Shown piece by piece: positions 13,401-24,897 of a stretch of DNA of 64,000 nucleotides. Both the position numbers and the translations under genes were made by a program. Every line of letters begins with the position of its first letter. The stretch's first letter is position 1. Source of the stretch: Antedon mediterranea (lineage: Eukaryota; Animalia; Echinodermata); contig NC_092676.1 of NCBI RefSeq assembly GCF_964355755.1, forward strand, positions 4,007,888 to 4,071,887, given 5' to 3'. The notes beneath the pieces were generated by a model, which saw nothing but the letters and a program-made list of their open reading frames with translations, made no database searches and had not been told where the DNA came from.

Positions 13401-16400
13401 ATTAAGTAATTGATATAATTAAAAATAAATAAATAAACTCAACTTAATATCAGGCCAAACTTAGTCTATACAGACGAGGTGTATTAAATCACAAGTCTAC
13501 AGTAGTTCTAGTAATAATAATAAATACTTTATTTTAACACGCAAATGCTTGTATCACCACAAAGGTGTTCTTGTACAAAGACCTGATCTACTTTAATACA
13601 TTACTAAATGTAAAAATAACAAAAGAGAAAATAAAATAAACTGAAACCTTAATTATTTATCCTAGGAATACAAAATAAAATTACACCAATAATCTTTTAA
13701 AATTATCGAAAAATAATGATTTGGGTTAAAATTATTTTTCTTTTAAATGTATACAAATGTATCTGGCTATTTTCACTTATAATTCAGAATTTTTTGGTCT
13801 TCTTTATCTAAGTGAGATTTAATTAAAAAAAAAAAAGTAATATACTAGAATATTAGAATTGAACGTCAGTTTTACAAATCTATCAACTATGATTGTTTTC
13901 AAAGGTAATTGAATTCTACTGTAGAATCATATAATCGGTTATACAGATAGATTTTAATTATTAACATGTTCGATTATCTAGCATGCCAGATTCAGTACTT
14001 GATAGAAAACGTACAACTAGCGACAATGAATATTTTAGTACTACTGTTAAGCGTTTTACAGCATTTATGAAAGTCAATGTTCTAAGATTGGCGATTAATG
14101 TTTTGTATCTGTACATACTGTATTGAATTGTTATTGGTTGGTTGGTTGTCCGACAAAATCGTAAACAGTTGATTGGTTGACAAAAGTATGAAGAGCTAAT
14201 TGTGTGACAAAGTTAAAGACAGTTGATTGGCCGATTGAAACACAAAATCATAGACTGTTGATTGGTTGATAACATTGTAGACAGTTGATTGGCTAAATAG
14301 ACAAGGCAGTTAATTTTGAAACAAGTGAAAGATAGAGAGTTGATTGGCTGGTTGATTGAAACAAGTCAAAGAAAGTTGATTGGCTGTAATTATACACAGT
14401 CGACAAACATCATGTACTATTGAATTGTTAATATGTTTTTTCAAGATGTTGTTTTCTTCCTATTTTCAATGCTTATCACAGGAGGTACAGTAATATTATG
14501 GTTTGAAAACTAATTTACTCTTTAATCTAGTGTGTGACAATGTTTGTAGATAATTTGGGAGAATATGAAGATAGGGGAGTCCATTTATTATATAACCGCA
14601 TCATTAGGTCCATCATCAAGCATTTTGGTCATGTCATATCGTTAATGACATTTTTATTGTCATTAATATAATGACAGTGTCATTTATATCATCATCAGTA
14701 TTGTCATCATCCTTACCATCATTGTTGCCGTCATCATCACCATCATTGTCATCACCAACATCACGATCATCATCGTTATCATCACCATCACCATCGTCTT
14801 TATCACCATCACCATCGTCTTTATCGTCGCCTTTGTCATCTTAATCATCATCACCATTATCATCATCTTCAGCATCATCATCATTGTCATTATCATCAAA
14901 TATCATCATTGACATTGTTTTGCATTGTCATCATCTTATTAATATTATCACCAATATTGTCATTGTTCTCCAATATATTTCCATCATCTTATTAATATTA
15001 TCACCTATATTAGATGAGTGGAAATAGACTTTTCAGTCAAACAAATTGCAACAGTTTGTTTTTTTGCTGAAATATGCTCAACTATATGTAGATATTATCA
15101 TATCCAAAATCTACCCTGATCTGCCCATTATAAATTACCTAATTTGCATAAAATCAAAATGGCTGCCATTTTACAACTTTGATCCCAATTATCTCTTAAA
15201 CCATAAAGAATTTGGTGTAAGAATGTATTGAACACAAATATAAACATGACCCCAAAGATTCAGAATAATATATTTGATTTGTCTTTGGGGTCAAGGTCAA
15301 AGGTCATTCCAGTATGGCCTCTAAAATATGCTAATTATCTCTTAATCCATTAGGTATTTTGAATAAGAATGTATAAGTACAAATATAAATGTGACCCTAA
15401 ATATTTAAAATAATGTATTTGATCAATATTGTCAGTATCAATTGTAAACAGCATGGTTCATAGCCATTTTGTCTCAATAAGCATGTTATATTTGATGGTT
15501 CTAAAATAAACGTGTAAATATTATAATTTTTACATTACACAAAAATTAGAAATTATGTAAAATAATGTTCAGTGAAATTCTAAGTAGGATTTAATTATGA
15601 ACATTATTACCATATTTGGCTAATTACAAATGCTAATATTATCTTTTTTGGATAACCCGTATCGCCGTAATTATATAAAAACACTATACCATTTGAATAA
15701 ACTTAGTATATCCCACAAGGCCCCACCACAGAAGAAAGCTGAAAACATTATTGGATGCAACTAATTACAGTAGTCAAATACATGATTGCTAAACAAAAAA
15801 ATAAATTATATATTATTTCTTAATTTGTAGCAACATACTAGAAATTTTATGTACAACTTGCACCATTTGTTTTTATTTATTTATTTTTATTTTAATTCAA
15901 ATTATCACACAGGCACAAAAATAGAAAAACATAAAATAAACCATGACATTAAACTTAGCACTTAGCAACAAATTATATATATTTGTATGTACAGTACTAT
16001 AAACTCTTTACAACTGCATGTTTCAATATTATTATTTTTCTTTATGTTCTTCTTGTAATTTAGTATACCTTACATCTGTTATCCATCACTATGTATAAAC
16101 ATATGTTAGTTATTTTTTGTAAAATTCTGCATGAGTTCCACTTACAAGTAAACCTGTTTTATTTACCTTTGACATTCTTAAAGGAGGGAATCCAGTCTCA
16201 GCCACCCAAGCTGGTAAGTAGACACACATATGCACACTATTCATACGGACCTCTTACTCATCTTCGGGTTTTGAAAAATTATAATGTTTCGTTTTTCGGC
16301 ATGCATGATGTACGAGATTTATTAGTTTTGATAACGTCACGGTGAAGAATTCATATTAATGGAATCAGATAGAATAGAAAACATCACATCATCATCAATG

Positions 16401-19400
16401 TATTTACTGTAGTTTAATCATGACAACTGGTTGGGTATTGTAGTTGGTTTATAATTAATTCACTATACTGGCTTTGGTATAGCACTCTATCCAATAAAGT
16501 ATAACATACTGGTAACATACTGAACTCCTATCTCATAATGGGTAACATACTGAACTCCTATCTCATAATGGGTAACATACTGAACTCCTATCTCATATTA
16601 GGGTGACATACTGAACTCCTATCTCATATTAGGGGTAACATACTGAACTCCTATCTCATAAAGGGTAACATACTGAACTCCTATCTCATATTAGGGGTAA
16701 CATACTGAACTCTTATCTCATAAAGTATAACATATTGAACTCCTATCTCATAAAGTGTAACATACTGAACTCCTATCTCATAAAGGGTAACATTAACCGC
16801 TTAAAATAATCTTTGTAACATCACCTATTTAGGAGATAATTTCCCATTAAAATGAACTAGAAGCGATATGTGTGCTAACATGACGGCCGTATTAAGGGTA
16901 AACTTTTGTTTGGTCCTGGAGTTGTCATATTAATACAGGTTGTACTGTATGAACATTTAATATACTTTATAACAGTGTGATCAATGATTATTAATAATAT
17001 TAACATGTTTCATAATGGTGTTGAATATGAATTTACAAAAAACATATTGATAACATTAGTTTTAGTCATCTTATAATATATTCTAATATCATATAAAAAA
17101 TACATAATATTTTAGCCTATAATTATTTTAATATGTTTTATTTGTAATACGCTTCCATTGAGATCAGTGCTACTAAATCAACAAAGACATTTAGTATATG
17201 TTATATATGTATGTGACCCCTTCATTCAGAGATGATATCATGGTGACCTCTGCCCCCATCCAAAAAAACCCCTCTATTACTGAATAGTGTTCTATTCTCT
17301 ATAGTTTAATGCAGGCTTTTTATTGGCTTACATATCAAATTAATAGCAGAAAATATTTTAAACCTTCATTACATTTACTAAATATATATTTCTTCCCGTC
17401 GTCTTGTGCGGTTAAGGACTGTAAACTGTAGGTCAAATCTACACAAAAATGCTTGTGTACACTTTAAAGAACTTAGTACATCTTTCGAGACGAGTAGGGG
17501 GTCACCCCGGTGTACTAGTTCGCACTCAGCCACTGTGAGTAGGCTACCCAGTGTACTAGTACATCACAGCCACTGTGAGTAGGCTACTGGTCCCTCTAGG
17601 AGAACAGTCCTTGATTAAAGAGGTCACTTAGAGGTCACACAGTATAAAGAAGAAACAAAAACTGATTTTAATAACAAAATGTTAAAAATCAAACAATATA
17701 TCAGTATACCATATCTATACAACTGTTTATGGTTCTAGATTTGTATTTCCAGTACTTTGTTCTTGATGTTTCTATTAAAGAAACTAGACCTGCAATTTTT
17801 GACGTTTTCTAAAAATAATATATAACTATTATTTTTAAAAACATTAAACCAGGTCATTTCTTTTCTTAAATGTGCGTTCTACGGTTAATTGTGATAGAAA
17901 GAGAAAAACAATGCACTACCTATAAGTAGCTCGGGTCGTAAGTTCTCTTGTGTAGACGTGTAGGCCTAGCTTAGTTAGGCTTAGTTTTGTAGGCCTAGCT
18001 GGTAAAGAGCGGTAATGTACGAACATTGCTCGCTAGCTATAGGCCTAGCCTGACGTCCAGTTGCTAAATTAATTGTCTTTCCTTTTTTGGCAGAGAATTC
18101 GATAAAATAAATTGGAGAAGACCTGATATTTTTGCTGATAATTTACGGTTCTTTTATTTGGCTATTTTTCACGCGATCGGTTGAAGTGGGTACATACATC
18201 ACAATATGAAAATATCAATCCGTGCGCAATGCATGTTGGGATTTATAACCGGCCGCTAAAATGATTAGAATCGACTTATTTTCACATTTTTAACCGTTTA
18301 AAGATGAAGAAATATCGCAATAGGTCCATATAATATATGTGTGTAGTGTGTAACCTTAAATTAGGTCAAAGAGACATAGGGCTAGTGTCTTTAATTACAG
18401 TCTGGAGAATCTAATTTTCAAATTTACGTTGTTTTATTTTGATCAAATAAACTACTAGACTTTGTTTGAAATTTAAAGTTCAGATCTTGATGTGGCTTGC
18501 TTTGATTGCTATCACAGCAACGGATGTGTATCATATCGCTAAAAGCAACTATAAATAATTTATGCAGCTACCAGGAAAGTGTTTGTTAATTCATATTAAT
18601 CAAAGTACTGCAATGAAGATACTGTTAGGATAATAATTATGAATTATGATATGTTAAGATAAACAATGGAATAATTATAATAATTCAAAAGCCTTCGTTC
18701 GTTATTGAATAAACTCTGTTGAGAATTAACGATTAAGAAAAGTTTGTCAATACCAATAACAAAACTAAATTAAACAATATTTATATTATTAAAATTCTTA
18801 TTTTTACCCAACCGACTTGTGTAAATGTAAAATGCAATTTAGGCTACAATTTTTTTGTACTGTATTTAAAGATGTGTTGTCCCTGAAAAATATGAAAAAT
18901 AACGATTTAAAATATCAGACTTTTTTTAGGCCATTTTACAAATTACAGTTTTAATGAAGTTATTCAATTCCATTTAAAACAAAACAAAAACAGACTATAT
19001 TTTTAAAGATATTATCATTAAAAGGTTTTGTTGAATCAAATCTTCCAAACATTATTAAATCAACTTTAGAAAGTTTCATTACAAATGATAACGTGTCAGA
19101 AATCTTGTAGTTAGTTAGGAATGTAATAACATAATAGAGTAAAAAAAGCCTAAATAATAATCATAAAGTATAGGTTTAGGCCTAAAAGCTATTTCTACTA
19201 GGATGTAACGCAAGAATGTGAGTGAGTTGACCAATCACAAGCGACAGTTAGGATGATCCATCGCGTCGTGATTGGTCAAATTACATATGTTGTGCTCACG
19301 TCCCTGCGTTCCATCCAAGTAGGAACCAAGTGTATGATATTAATATTAATAATAATTCAAAATTATTGTTCAATTTTGCATTAAGGGTTTTATTTTAGGA

Positions 19401-21878
19401 TTTTAGCATATCACTTTTAAACCTTTTTGTATTTGCAACAATTTCTATTTTTTCCTTGTGTTTTTTAACTTCTAGTACATTGTATGGTATATTGTATCAA
19501 CTGCACATATATTAAATTGTGTGTTTATTTTTGTGCTATAATTATGATTTTTTTTTAATATAATTTATTTTTCTTTTTTTTTTTAATTTCTTTTCTAATG
19601 GTCTTTTAAGAATGTTTATAAGTGTTTAGTTGTCAAATATTTAAATTTCTTTGATGTGACAGGGATGGGTGGGTGAAAACATTCTAAAATAGTATTATTT
19701 GTGTGCCTCTCTTGTTGAGAAATGGATTCTTTGCAGCTGTGCAAACTACTTTAATTATTACCTCTAGTGCATGGAAGGAATGGACCTATTCTCATTCCTC
19801 AGCAATATCTGCACATATTGTGTATAAATAATAATAATCATTTTTTCAGTTATTGTGTGTGATCATATTAATTTTATATCGAATATAATAATTTGTTAAG
19901 CCTTGAAAATAATCCTTTTTTTTTACTGTACTTTTAATCTTTCCTTTGTAATATTGAATATAAATAAATTGATGTTAATATTAGTTCAAAGATGATTTTA
20001 GTGAAATATTCAAGCATATTCAATTGCTTGTTTTTTACATTTTGTAGATGAAAATCCAGTACTGAATAAGATAAGGCAATATGATATAATGATAATATTA
20101 CTAAAAATTATTTTTAAATTAATATTTTAATGTTTACTAAACCATTTAACATCATGTAAAATAAAATTACAAGTCATCTACCACAAAAACTACTTTATAT
20201 TCTACTAGTGCTTCTATTGTTACAATTACTTTCAGTTTGTTTTTTAATCAAAATTAGTTTACTCGTATTTGGTACGTTCCATTGTTGTTGCAGGGAGGTC
20301 AGCCAGCTGATTGGAGATCAGGAGCTTTTTCTGGACAGTTTGTGGCACCTAATCAACAAATGGTATGTCTCCTAAATAATTTCTAAATTCACAGTTTTGT
20401 AGATATAACAAAATAATAATAATTAATATATATCTTATTTCCTATATTCCTTTTGTTATGTAAACGTATTTGTACAATAAAGTTAAAATGATTCAAAAGC
20501 CTCCCTTCGTTTGTTATTGAATAAAGTTTGACAATACCAATCAATTCAACATAACAAAATAGATAAATTTATACAAATAGTGTTCATGATTTTAAAGTTA
20601 TGTTGACACAAATATTTGTCCTGCACTGCCCCGCATTGAGTGCATTACAATGATGTGCCATTTTGTAGAAAGTTGCGGGACATTGCATGAAATACATGCC
20701 CAAACATCAATATTTACGCCTGCATTTATATTCCTGAATTGTGCAATAATACGCACCATGGTTGCAGCCGTGCATGTTATTGTGGGAAATGACACGCATT
20801 TCACGACTAGTTCATGACATGTGGTATAATAATTTGTGCATACTTTACGCTGGTTTTTTAGGTAATAGGTTGCCCATGACCATGTGACCTATAGGGTACT
20901 ATTTGTGACAATGTAACATTATATGGCACAACATTGAATGTAAAACAGTGTGGGCGAAAATGTGTGATAGTGAATCAGGACCTAACTAATCACTATAACA
21001 AGTGTTGATTACTTCATTATTTTAGGGAATGAGAACAGGTATGGCATACAATGCAGCAGGAGCACAGCAAATACATAGACCACCAACACAGCAAAATACA
21101 GATCCATTTGTAAGTACGGAAGTCACCCACAGAGCACTACATAAGTAAGCGCCACAGTCCAGTAAGCGCCGCAGTCCAGTAAGCTCTGCAGTCCAGAAAG
21201 CTCTGCAGTCCAGTAAGCGCTGCAGTCTAGTAAACGCCACAGTCTAGTAAGCGCCGCAGTCTAGTAAGCGCCACAGTCTAGTAAGCGCCACAGTCCAGTA
21301 AGCGGCACAGTCCAGTAAGCGCCTCAGTTCAGTAAGCGCCGCAGTCCAGTAAGCGACGCAGTCCAGTAAGCACCACAGTTCAGTAATCGCAACAGTCCAG
21401 TAAGCGCCACAGTTCAGTAAGCACAACAGTCCAGTAAGCGCCACAGTGCAGTACGCACCACACAAGTAAGCAGTCATGCCAGTAAGCACCGCAGTCTTGT
21501 AAACGCCATAGTCTAGTAAGCGCCGCAGTCCAGTAAGCGCCTCAGTTCAGTAAGCGCCGCAGTTCAGTAATCGCAACAGTCCAATAAGCGCCACAGTTCA
21601 GAAAGCGCAACAGTCCAGTACGCACCACACAAGTAAGCGCCACAGTCCACAAAGTGCCACCGTCCAGTAAGCTCCTCAGTCTAGTAAACTCCGCAGTCCA
21701 GTAAGGCACAACAAATTCAAAGCTTATTAAAATTGACAATTTTATTTTTTCTTAAGCAATTATTTACTAATTATTATATGCTGTAGATTTGTATAAAATC
21801 TTTGATTCAATTTTGATGAAGTGAGAAATAAATTTATTTCTACTATAATTTTTTTTATATTTGCAGGGAAGTCTGTGA
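1375..21878 (+). CDS. PICALM: PICALM/AP180 (LAP/UNC-11-like) clathrin assembly protein, C-terminal part (spliced; ANTH domain exons lie upstream of the window)
   Basis: Exons with AG/GT ends and consistent phases join to: PATIATAVSAFTSNLANIDPEEKKQALEEEQLRLASMK (post-ANTH helix like PICALM EKQAALEEEQARL), NPF/DLF motifs, KPSEDLMGL, DIDSTLAHLATNLNM (cf. DLDSSLANLVGNL), KTGGANWAP (cf. LTGGSNWQP), C-terminal DPFGSL*. Recognised from memory of the family; invertebrates have one PICALM/SNAP91 co-ortholog. Confidence 0.9.
1852..2077 (+). CDS. PICALM: PICALM-like exon with NPF/SPF repeats and DLF
   Basis: ccacag acceptor, gtaagt donor, phase 0 to 1. Confidence 0.9.
2880..3032 (+). CDS. PICALM: PICALM-like exon (SSQSQPTSKPSEDLMGLTPNP...)
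   Basis: ttttag acceptor, gtaaga donor, phase 1 to 1, open frame. Confidence 0.85.
3117..3235. mobile_element. MITE family A, copy 2
   Basis: same TIRs, TTA on both flanks. Confidence 0.75.
3603..4486. repeat. 30-bp minisatellite, ~29 copies, with alternating variants (60-bp dimer)
   Basis: unit AACTAGATTGAACCA(G/T)CTTAAGCCAACCTA. Confidence 0.97.
4816..4917 (+). CDS. PICALM: probable cassette exon (VGRALKVPRPRSPFDDNVG...DSFLG)
   Basis: GC-richer open 102-nt island after a long pyrimidine tract, gatag acceptor, weak gtgata donor, phase 1-1. Confidence 0.55.
5400..5609 (+). CDS. PICALM: PICALM-like exon (LAPTNPFTNT...DLEAFF...), alternative in-frame donor at 5526
   Basis: ctctag acceptor, gtactt donor (or gtaatg at 5526), phase 1-1, NPF motif. 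Confidence 0.7.
5626..5822. repeat. 33-bp minisatellite, ~6 copies
   Basis: unit GTCATGACTCCTCCCTCTTGTGTTTGGATGTTT. Confidence 0.9.
6761..6919. mobile_element. MITE family A, copy 3
   Basis: same TIRs and core as 1178-1334 in opposite orientation. Confidence 0.75.
7010..7102 (+). CDS. PICALM: PICALM-like exon (MLPPTNSPSPSTNSLIDPG...)
   Basis: tttcag acceptor, gtaata donor, 93 nt phase 1-1. Confidence 0.75.
7954..8502. repeat. 45-bp minisatellite, ~12 copies
   Basis: unit CTGGTACCTTGGAATTTCCCCTGGGATGACAGTGTGCGTGACACC. Confidence 0.95.
8876..8944 (+). CDS. PICALM: PICALM-like exon (VMQTQVGANFDQAFGTASTKTS)
   Basis: tgttag acceptor, gtaggt donor, 69 nt phase 1-1; resembles PICALM VDFESVFG. 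Confidence 0.8.
9535..9950. repeat. ~170-195-bp tandem repeat, ~2.3 copies
   Basis: TACTATGTATGTGCTGCCCTCTCTTG recurs near 9537, 9705 and 9903. Confidence 0.8.
10091..10253 (+). CDS. PICALM: PICALM-like exon (GAELLGEVMQPM...DIDSTLAHLATNLNMKGGTPKK)
   Basis: tttcag acceptor, gtaatt donor, phase 1 to 2; conserved DxDSxLAxLxxNL motif. Confidence 0.9.
10574..11743. repeat. 90-bp tandem repeat, 13 near-identical copies
   Basis: exact 90-bp period; only three substitutions seen across the array. Confidence 0.97.
12632..12746 (+). CDS. PICALM: PICALM-like exon (ADHQWTKNPSKNMKTGGANWAPQ...)
   Basis: tttcag acceptor, gtaaga donor, phase 2 to 0; conserved TGGxNW motif. Confidence 0.9.
12827..13262. 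mobile_element. MITE family A, copy 4, interrupted by a nested element
   Basis: family A TIRs at both ends; core split at a TTAA. Confidence 0.75.
12899..13181. mobile_element. palindromic TTAA-flanked MITE (Kolobok-like) nested in family A copy
   Basis: AGGACAACTTT...AAAGTTGTCCT long inverted repeat, TTAA duplicated at 12895-98 and 13182-85. Confidence 0.75.
14660..14990. repeat. degenerate (CAT)n low-complexity tract
   Basis: catcatcaccatcatcgt pattern. Confidence 0.85.
15011..15425. mobile_element. fragment related to the arm of the 24898-27740 element
   Basis: shares ACAAATTGCAACAG, ATCATATCCAAA, CAAAATGGCTGCCATTTT; begins TAG. Confidence 0.5.
16184..16213 (+). CDS. PICALM: candidate 30-nt microexon (EGIQSQPPKL)
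   Basis: pyrimidine tract + aag acceptor, consensus gtaagt donor, phase 0-0 matching neighbours. Confidence 0.5.
16502..16793. repeat. ~30-bp minisatellite, ~10 copies
   Basis: unit GGTAACATACTGAACTCCTATCTCATAATG. Confidence 0.92.
17405..17650 (+). mobile_element. 5'-truncated copy of the SINE at 46580
   Basis: shares TAGTACATCTTTCGAGACGAGTAGGGG..CCCGGTGTA and CACAGCCACTG. Confidence 0.7.
17779..18390. mobile_element. TTAA-flanked non-autonomous DNA transposon (Kolobok-like)
   Basis: imperfect TIRs AGAAACTAGACCT / AGGGCTAGTGTCT, TTAA on both sides. Confidence 0.55.
19187..19331. mobile_element. palindromic MITE family B (second, inverted copy at ~23493-23622)
   Basis: TTGACCAATCAC...GTGATTGGTCAA inverted core shared by both copies. 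Confidence 0.6.
20294..20362 (+). CDS. PICALM: PICALM-like exon (GGQPADWRSGAFSGQFVAPNQQM)
   Basis: ttgcag acceptor, gtatgt donor, 69 nt phase 0-0. Confidence 0.8.
21026..21109 (+). CDS. PICALM: PICALM-like exon (GMRTGMAY...QQNTDPF)
   Basis: ttttag acceptor, gtaagt donor, 84 nt phase 0-0, DPF motif. Confidence 0.85.
21144..21705. repeat. 17-bp minisatellite, ~33 copies, in last PICALM intron
   Basis: unit AGTAAGCGCC(A/G)CAGTCC. Confidence 0.93.
21867..21878 (+). CDS. PICALM: terminal coding exon (GSL*), followed by AT-rich 3' UTR
   Basis: ttgcag acceptor then gga agt ctg tga, giving DPFGSL* like invertebrate AP180 C-termini. Confidence 0.8.
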   Translation, partial: GSL

Positions 21879-24800
21879 AGCTAACTGTGATAAATAAAGA
21901 TATATATATATATATATATACACAAGTTAGCTCTTTTAAGAACTAGACATATTCATCTGAAAAAGAAGAAAATATAAAGATATTTAATCATTGCGACATT
22001 CAAAATATCAGAAATATCATAATTTACAGGATGTAGCAAAATGGTTTTTAGTTAATAATATTTGTTACCAATGAATTATAAAAATTGTAATTGTCACCCA
22101 AAATCATTGTTTTCCTGACACATTTTCAGGGGAGGAAATATATCTTGAAACAACATATATTAAATCATTTTATAAAGATAGAGTTACAATTAATTTAATG
22201 TGAACAATTAAAATTGTAATTGAGTTGTTTAAATATCTGAGAGAAATCCTCCTTTTGTCGATCATGCTAGTAATTCTGTAGAAAGTGAGTTTATATTTTT
22301 TATCTGGAGATGTGAATTACATTGTATATTATATAATTTTGTTATATAAAATGTTGGTTTATAGATCAACAAATTATTCGTGTGTTTATACTATGATGCT
22401 AACACGATACATTGTGAAATGGAAATATGAATACATGTAACAAATATGTATTTCATAATAAATGAAAGAGTAAAACTAAAACATAAATGCATTTATTTAA
22501 TTAATTTGTTTTTCATATTAAAATGAAATTAAAATTAAAGAGATACATACATTTGATAAATTTGTATTTCATAACAAATGAAATATAGTATAATTACAAT
22601 ATTAAAGGGACAACGTTAGGATCCAAGAAAGTGTCCCTTTAATTTGGGGTGTCCCCTAAATAGGGGTGTCCCAAAGAAGGGGTTCATACTTTATGTATAT
22701 ACATTAAATCATATAAGGAATAGCCAACGTCTCTCATACAGTTGTTATTTTTTTGTTATGGTCATAGTATAAACACATTTTAGGAATTAAATTTTCATTT
22801 TTTTTAAAGTAATTCCGAAAATCTTTATTTTATTTATTTCTGATTCTTCATATTTCTTGTTTAATTGCTGCCATTGTTTTTAAAACATGAACCAAATACT
22901 TTGCCACCTGCAATACTGACCACATGTGCTCAATATGACCCCAAGTGACCCCATATTAATTAGTAAATTCAGTAACTGATTCATAATTGCAGAATAATTA
23001 ACAGTTTTTTGTAACGAGCAATAGACGGGTTACAAACAATTATTTGTTTATGAAACTTATATATAAAGAAAATTATCAATTTTTCCTTTGGTCCTATATT
23101 TTTATTTTTGTTATTATATGTTTTTGTTTATTATAATAATATATAATTATAAATGTATAATATTACTGTACTAAGACTATAAACATGTTTAGTATAATAG
23201 TATTGCATGCTATGTTGAACTCTATCCGTGTTTATATACAAGTATGTGTACCACTTATACAATAGACTATATGTTCAAACATTGTTGTTATGCCTTCATT
23301 TTTTGTAGACATATGGCTACTGATTTATCTGAATAAGACAATTGAACAGACTAGGTGTTTTTATAGACCTGGTTCACGCTAGAAATTTGTATGGAGTCAT
23401 GATTCACACTAGAGAGTTGTTATCGGGAGCTAACTAATCGTGTCAGTCTGTGTAAGAAATTATCGATCTTATAGGGCGATCTCAATTTTCATGCTTGGTT
23501 CCCACTCGAGGCGCAACACAAGGACGTAACGCAACGTAAGTGATTTGACCAATCACAAGCGATGGATTATTCGAACTGTCGATTGGTTAACTCGCTTGCT
23601 GTGTGCCTCTAGTGTAAACCAATAGTCGACTAATCAGAATCTGGTTGTTATTATTGGAAACCGATTTTGATCAGCCCTAGTATGTATTGCAAATCAGGGT
23701 TACCGGTAAAATGACTTCAGTAATTTTATGCGTGTGAAGAGGGGATTTGATTTATGCCTGTGATTGGTGACCGGGTGTAAACAGAGCCTTGACAGTATGT
23801 TTAGCATAATTTACATTAAAGTGCGCAATATGTATTGCGAAAACTGTATAATTCACTCACTCTTTTCTCAATCAGAGTTAAATACAATCTTACAGATTGA
23901 CTTGTCATTATATCAGATATCGCCCTGAGACCTAGCAAAGTTATATCGGAGTTATAATCGGATATCCCGTAAGTGGTCACCTGCCGTACGCGGCCAGTTT
24001 TTCCGGTCCCGAGGGTGGTCGCTTACGGAATGTTCAACTGTATAGGCCTTATATTGTTATTGTCCAATTTTTTAAACGAATATTACATTTTGTTTGACGA
24101 AATTTGGCAATTAAACATTTTAGGTAGGCCTCTTTGGAAGGAAAAAAACGATAATATAATAGTACTATATGCACATAATATTAAGGTATCATTGTCTTAT
24201 GGAGTCATATAAGCAATTATGTCAACAAACAAAAAAAAATTAAATTAAAAAATTAAATTATGCCATAATATTGTTATATATAAAAAATTCCATCTACTAT
24301 AGTATAGCAATTTTCGAAAAATTGACATGCAATAAATGTCGACCCATTTTGACATTGCAGTGACGTGACATGCGCAGAATCGTATACGATTTCGACCTTT
24401 TTCTGTTTTTAGAAAAAGTCTGGAAAGTATGGAAATTACATGCATTTATAGAAATATTAGAGCATATTAAATGAAATTAAAAAACGCAATGTTTTGGGTG
24501 ATTTTTTTGGTTACTATGACTCTAAGATGATGATAACGCAACATATGCGCATATATAGTAATATTATTGCATAATTATTGAATTTTAAAGAGTCGATATT
24601 TTGGCTATTTTTTAAAAAATCCCTGTACTATAGTACACGGAAATTTTCGAAAAATGACAAAATTTCGACGCTTTTATTTGTTGACATACCTACAGTTAGT
24701 ATGACTCTATAAAGATGATGATAACGCAATATAATATGTGCATATGGCAACATTATTGCATAATAATTTAATTTCAAATAATCGATGTTTTGGCCATTTT

Positions 24801-24897
24801 TGAAAAAAGCCCTGTTTTCGAAAAATTACCAAATTTGGACCCTTTTATTTGTTGACATAACTAGTTACTATGACTCTATAAGATGATAACGCAATAT

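Noticed and set aside
14482-14484. 3-nt GAG microexon candidate (tcacag GAG gtacag)
   Set aside because: Weak donor; such a short match is expected by chance.
14684-14899. Met-rich 71-aa ORF
   Set aside because: Reverse translation of a (CAT)n tract.
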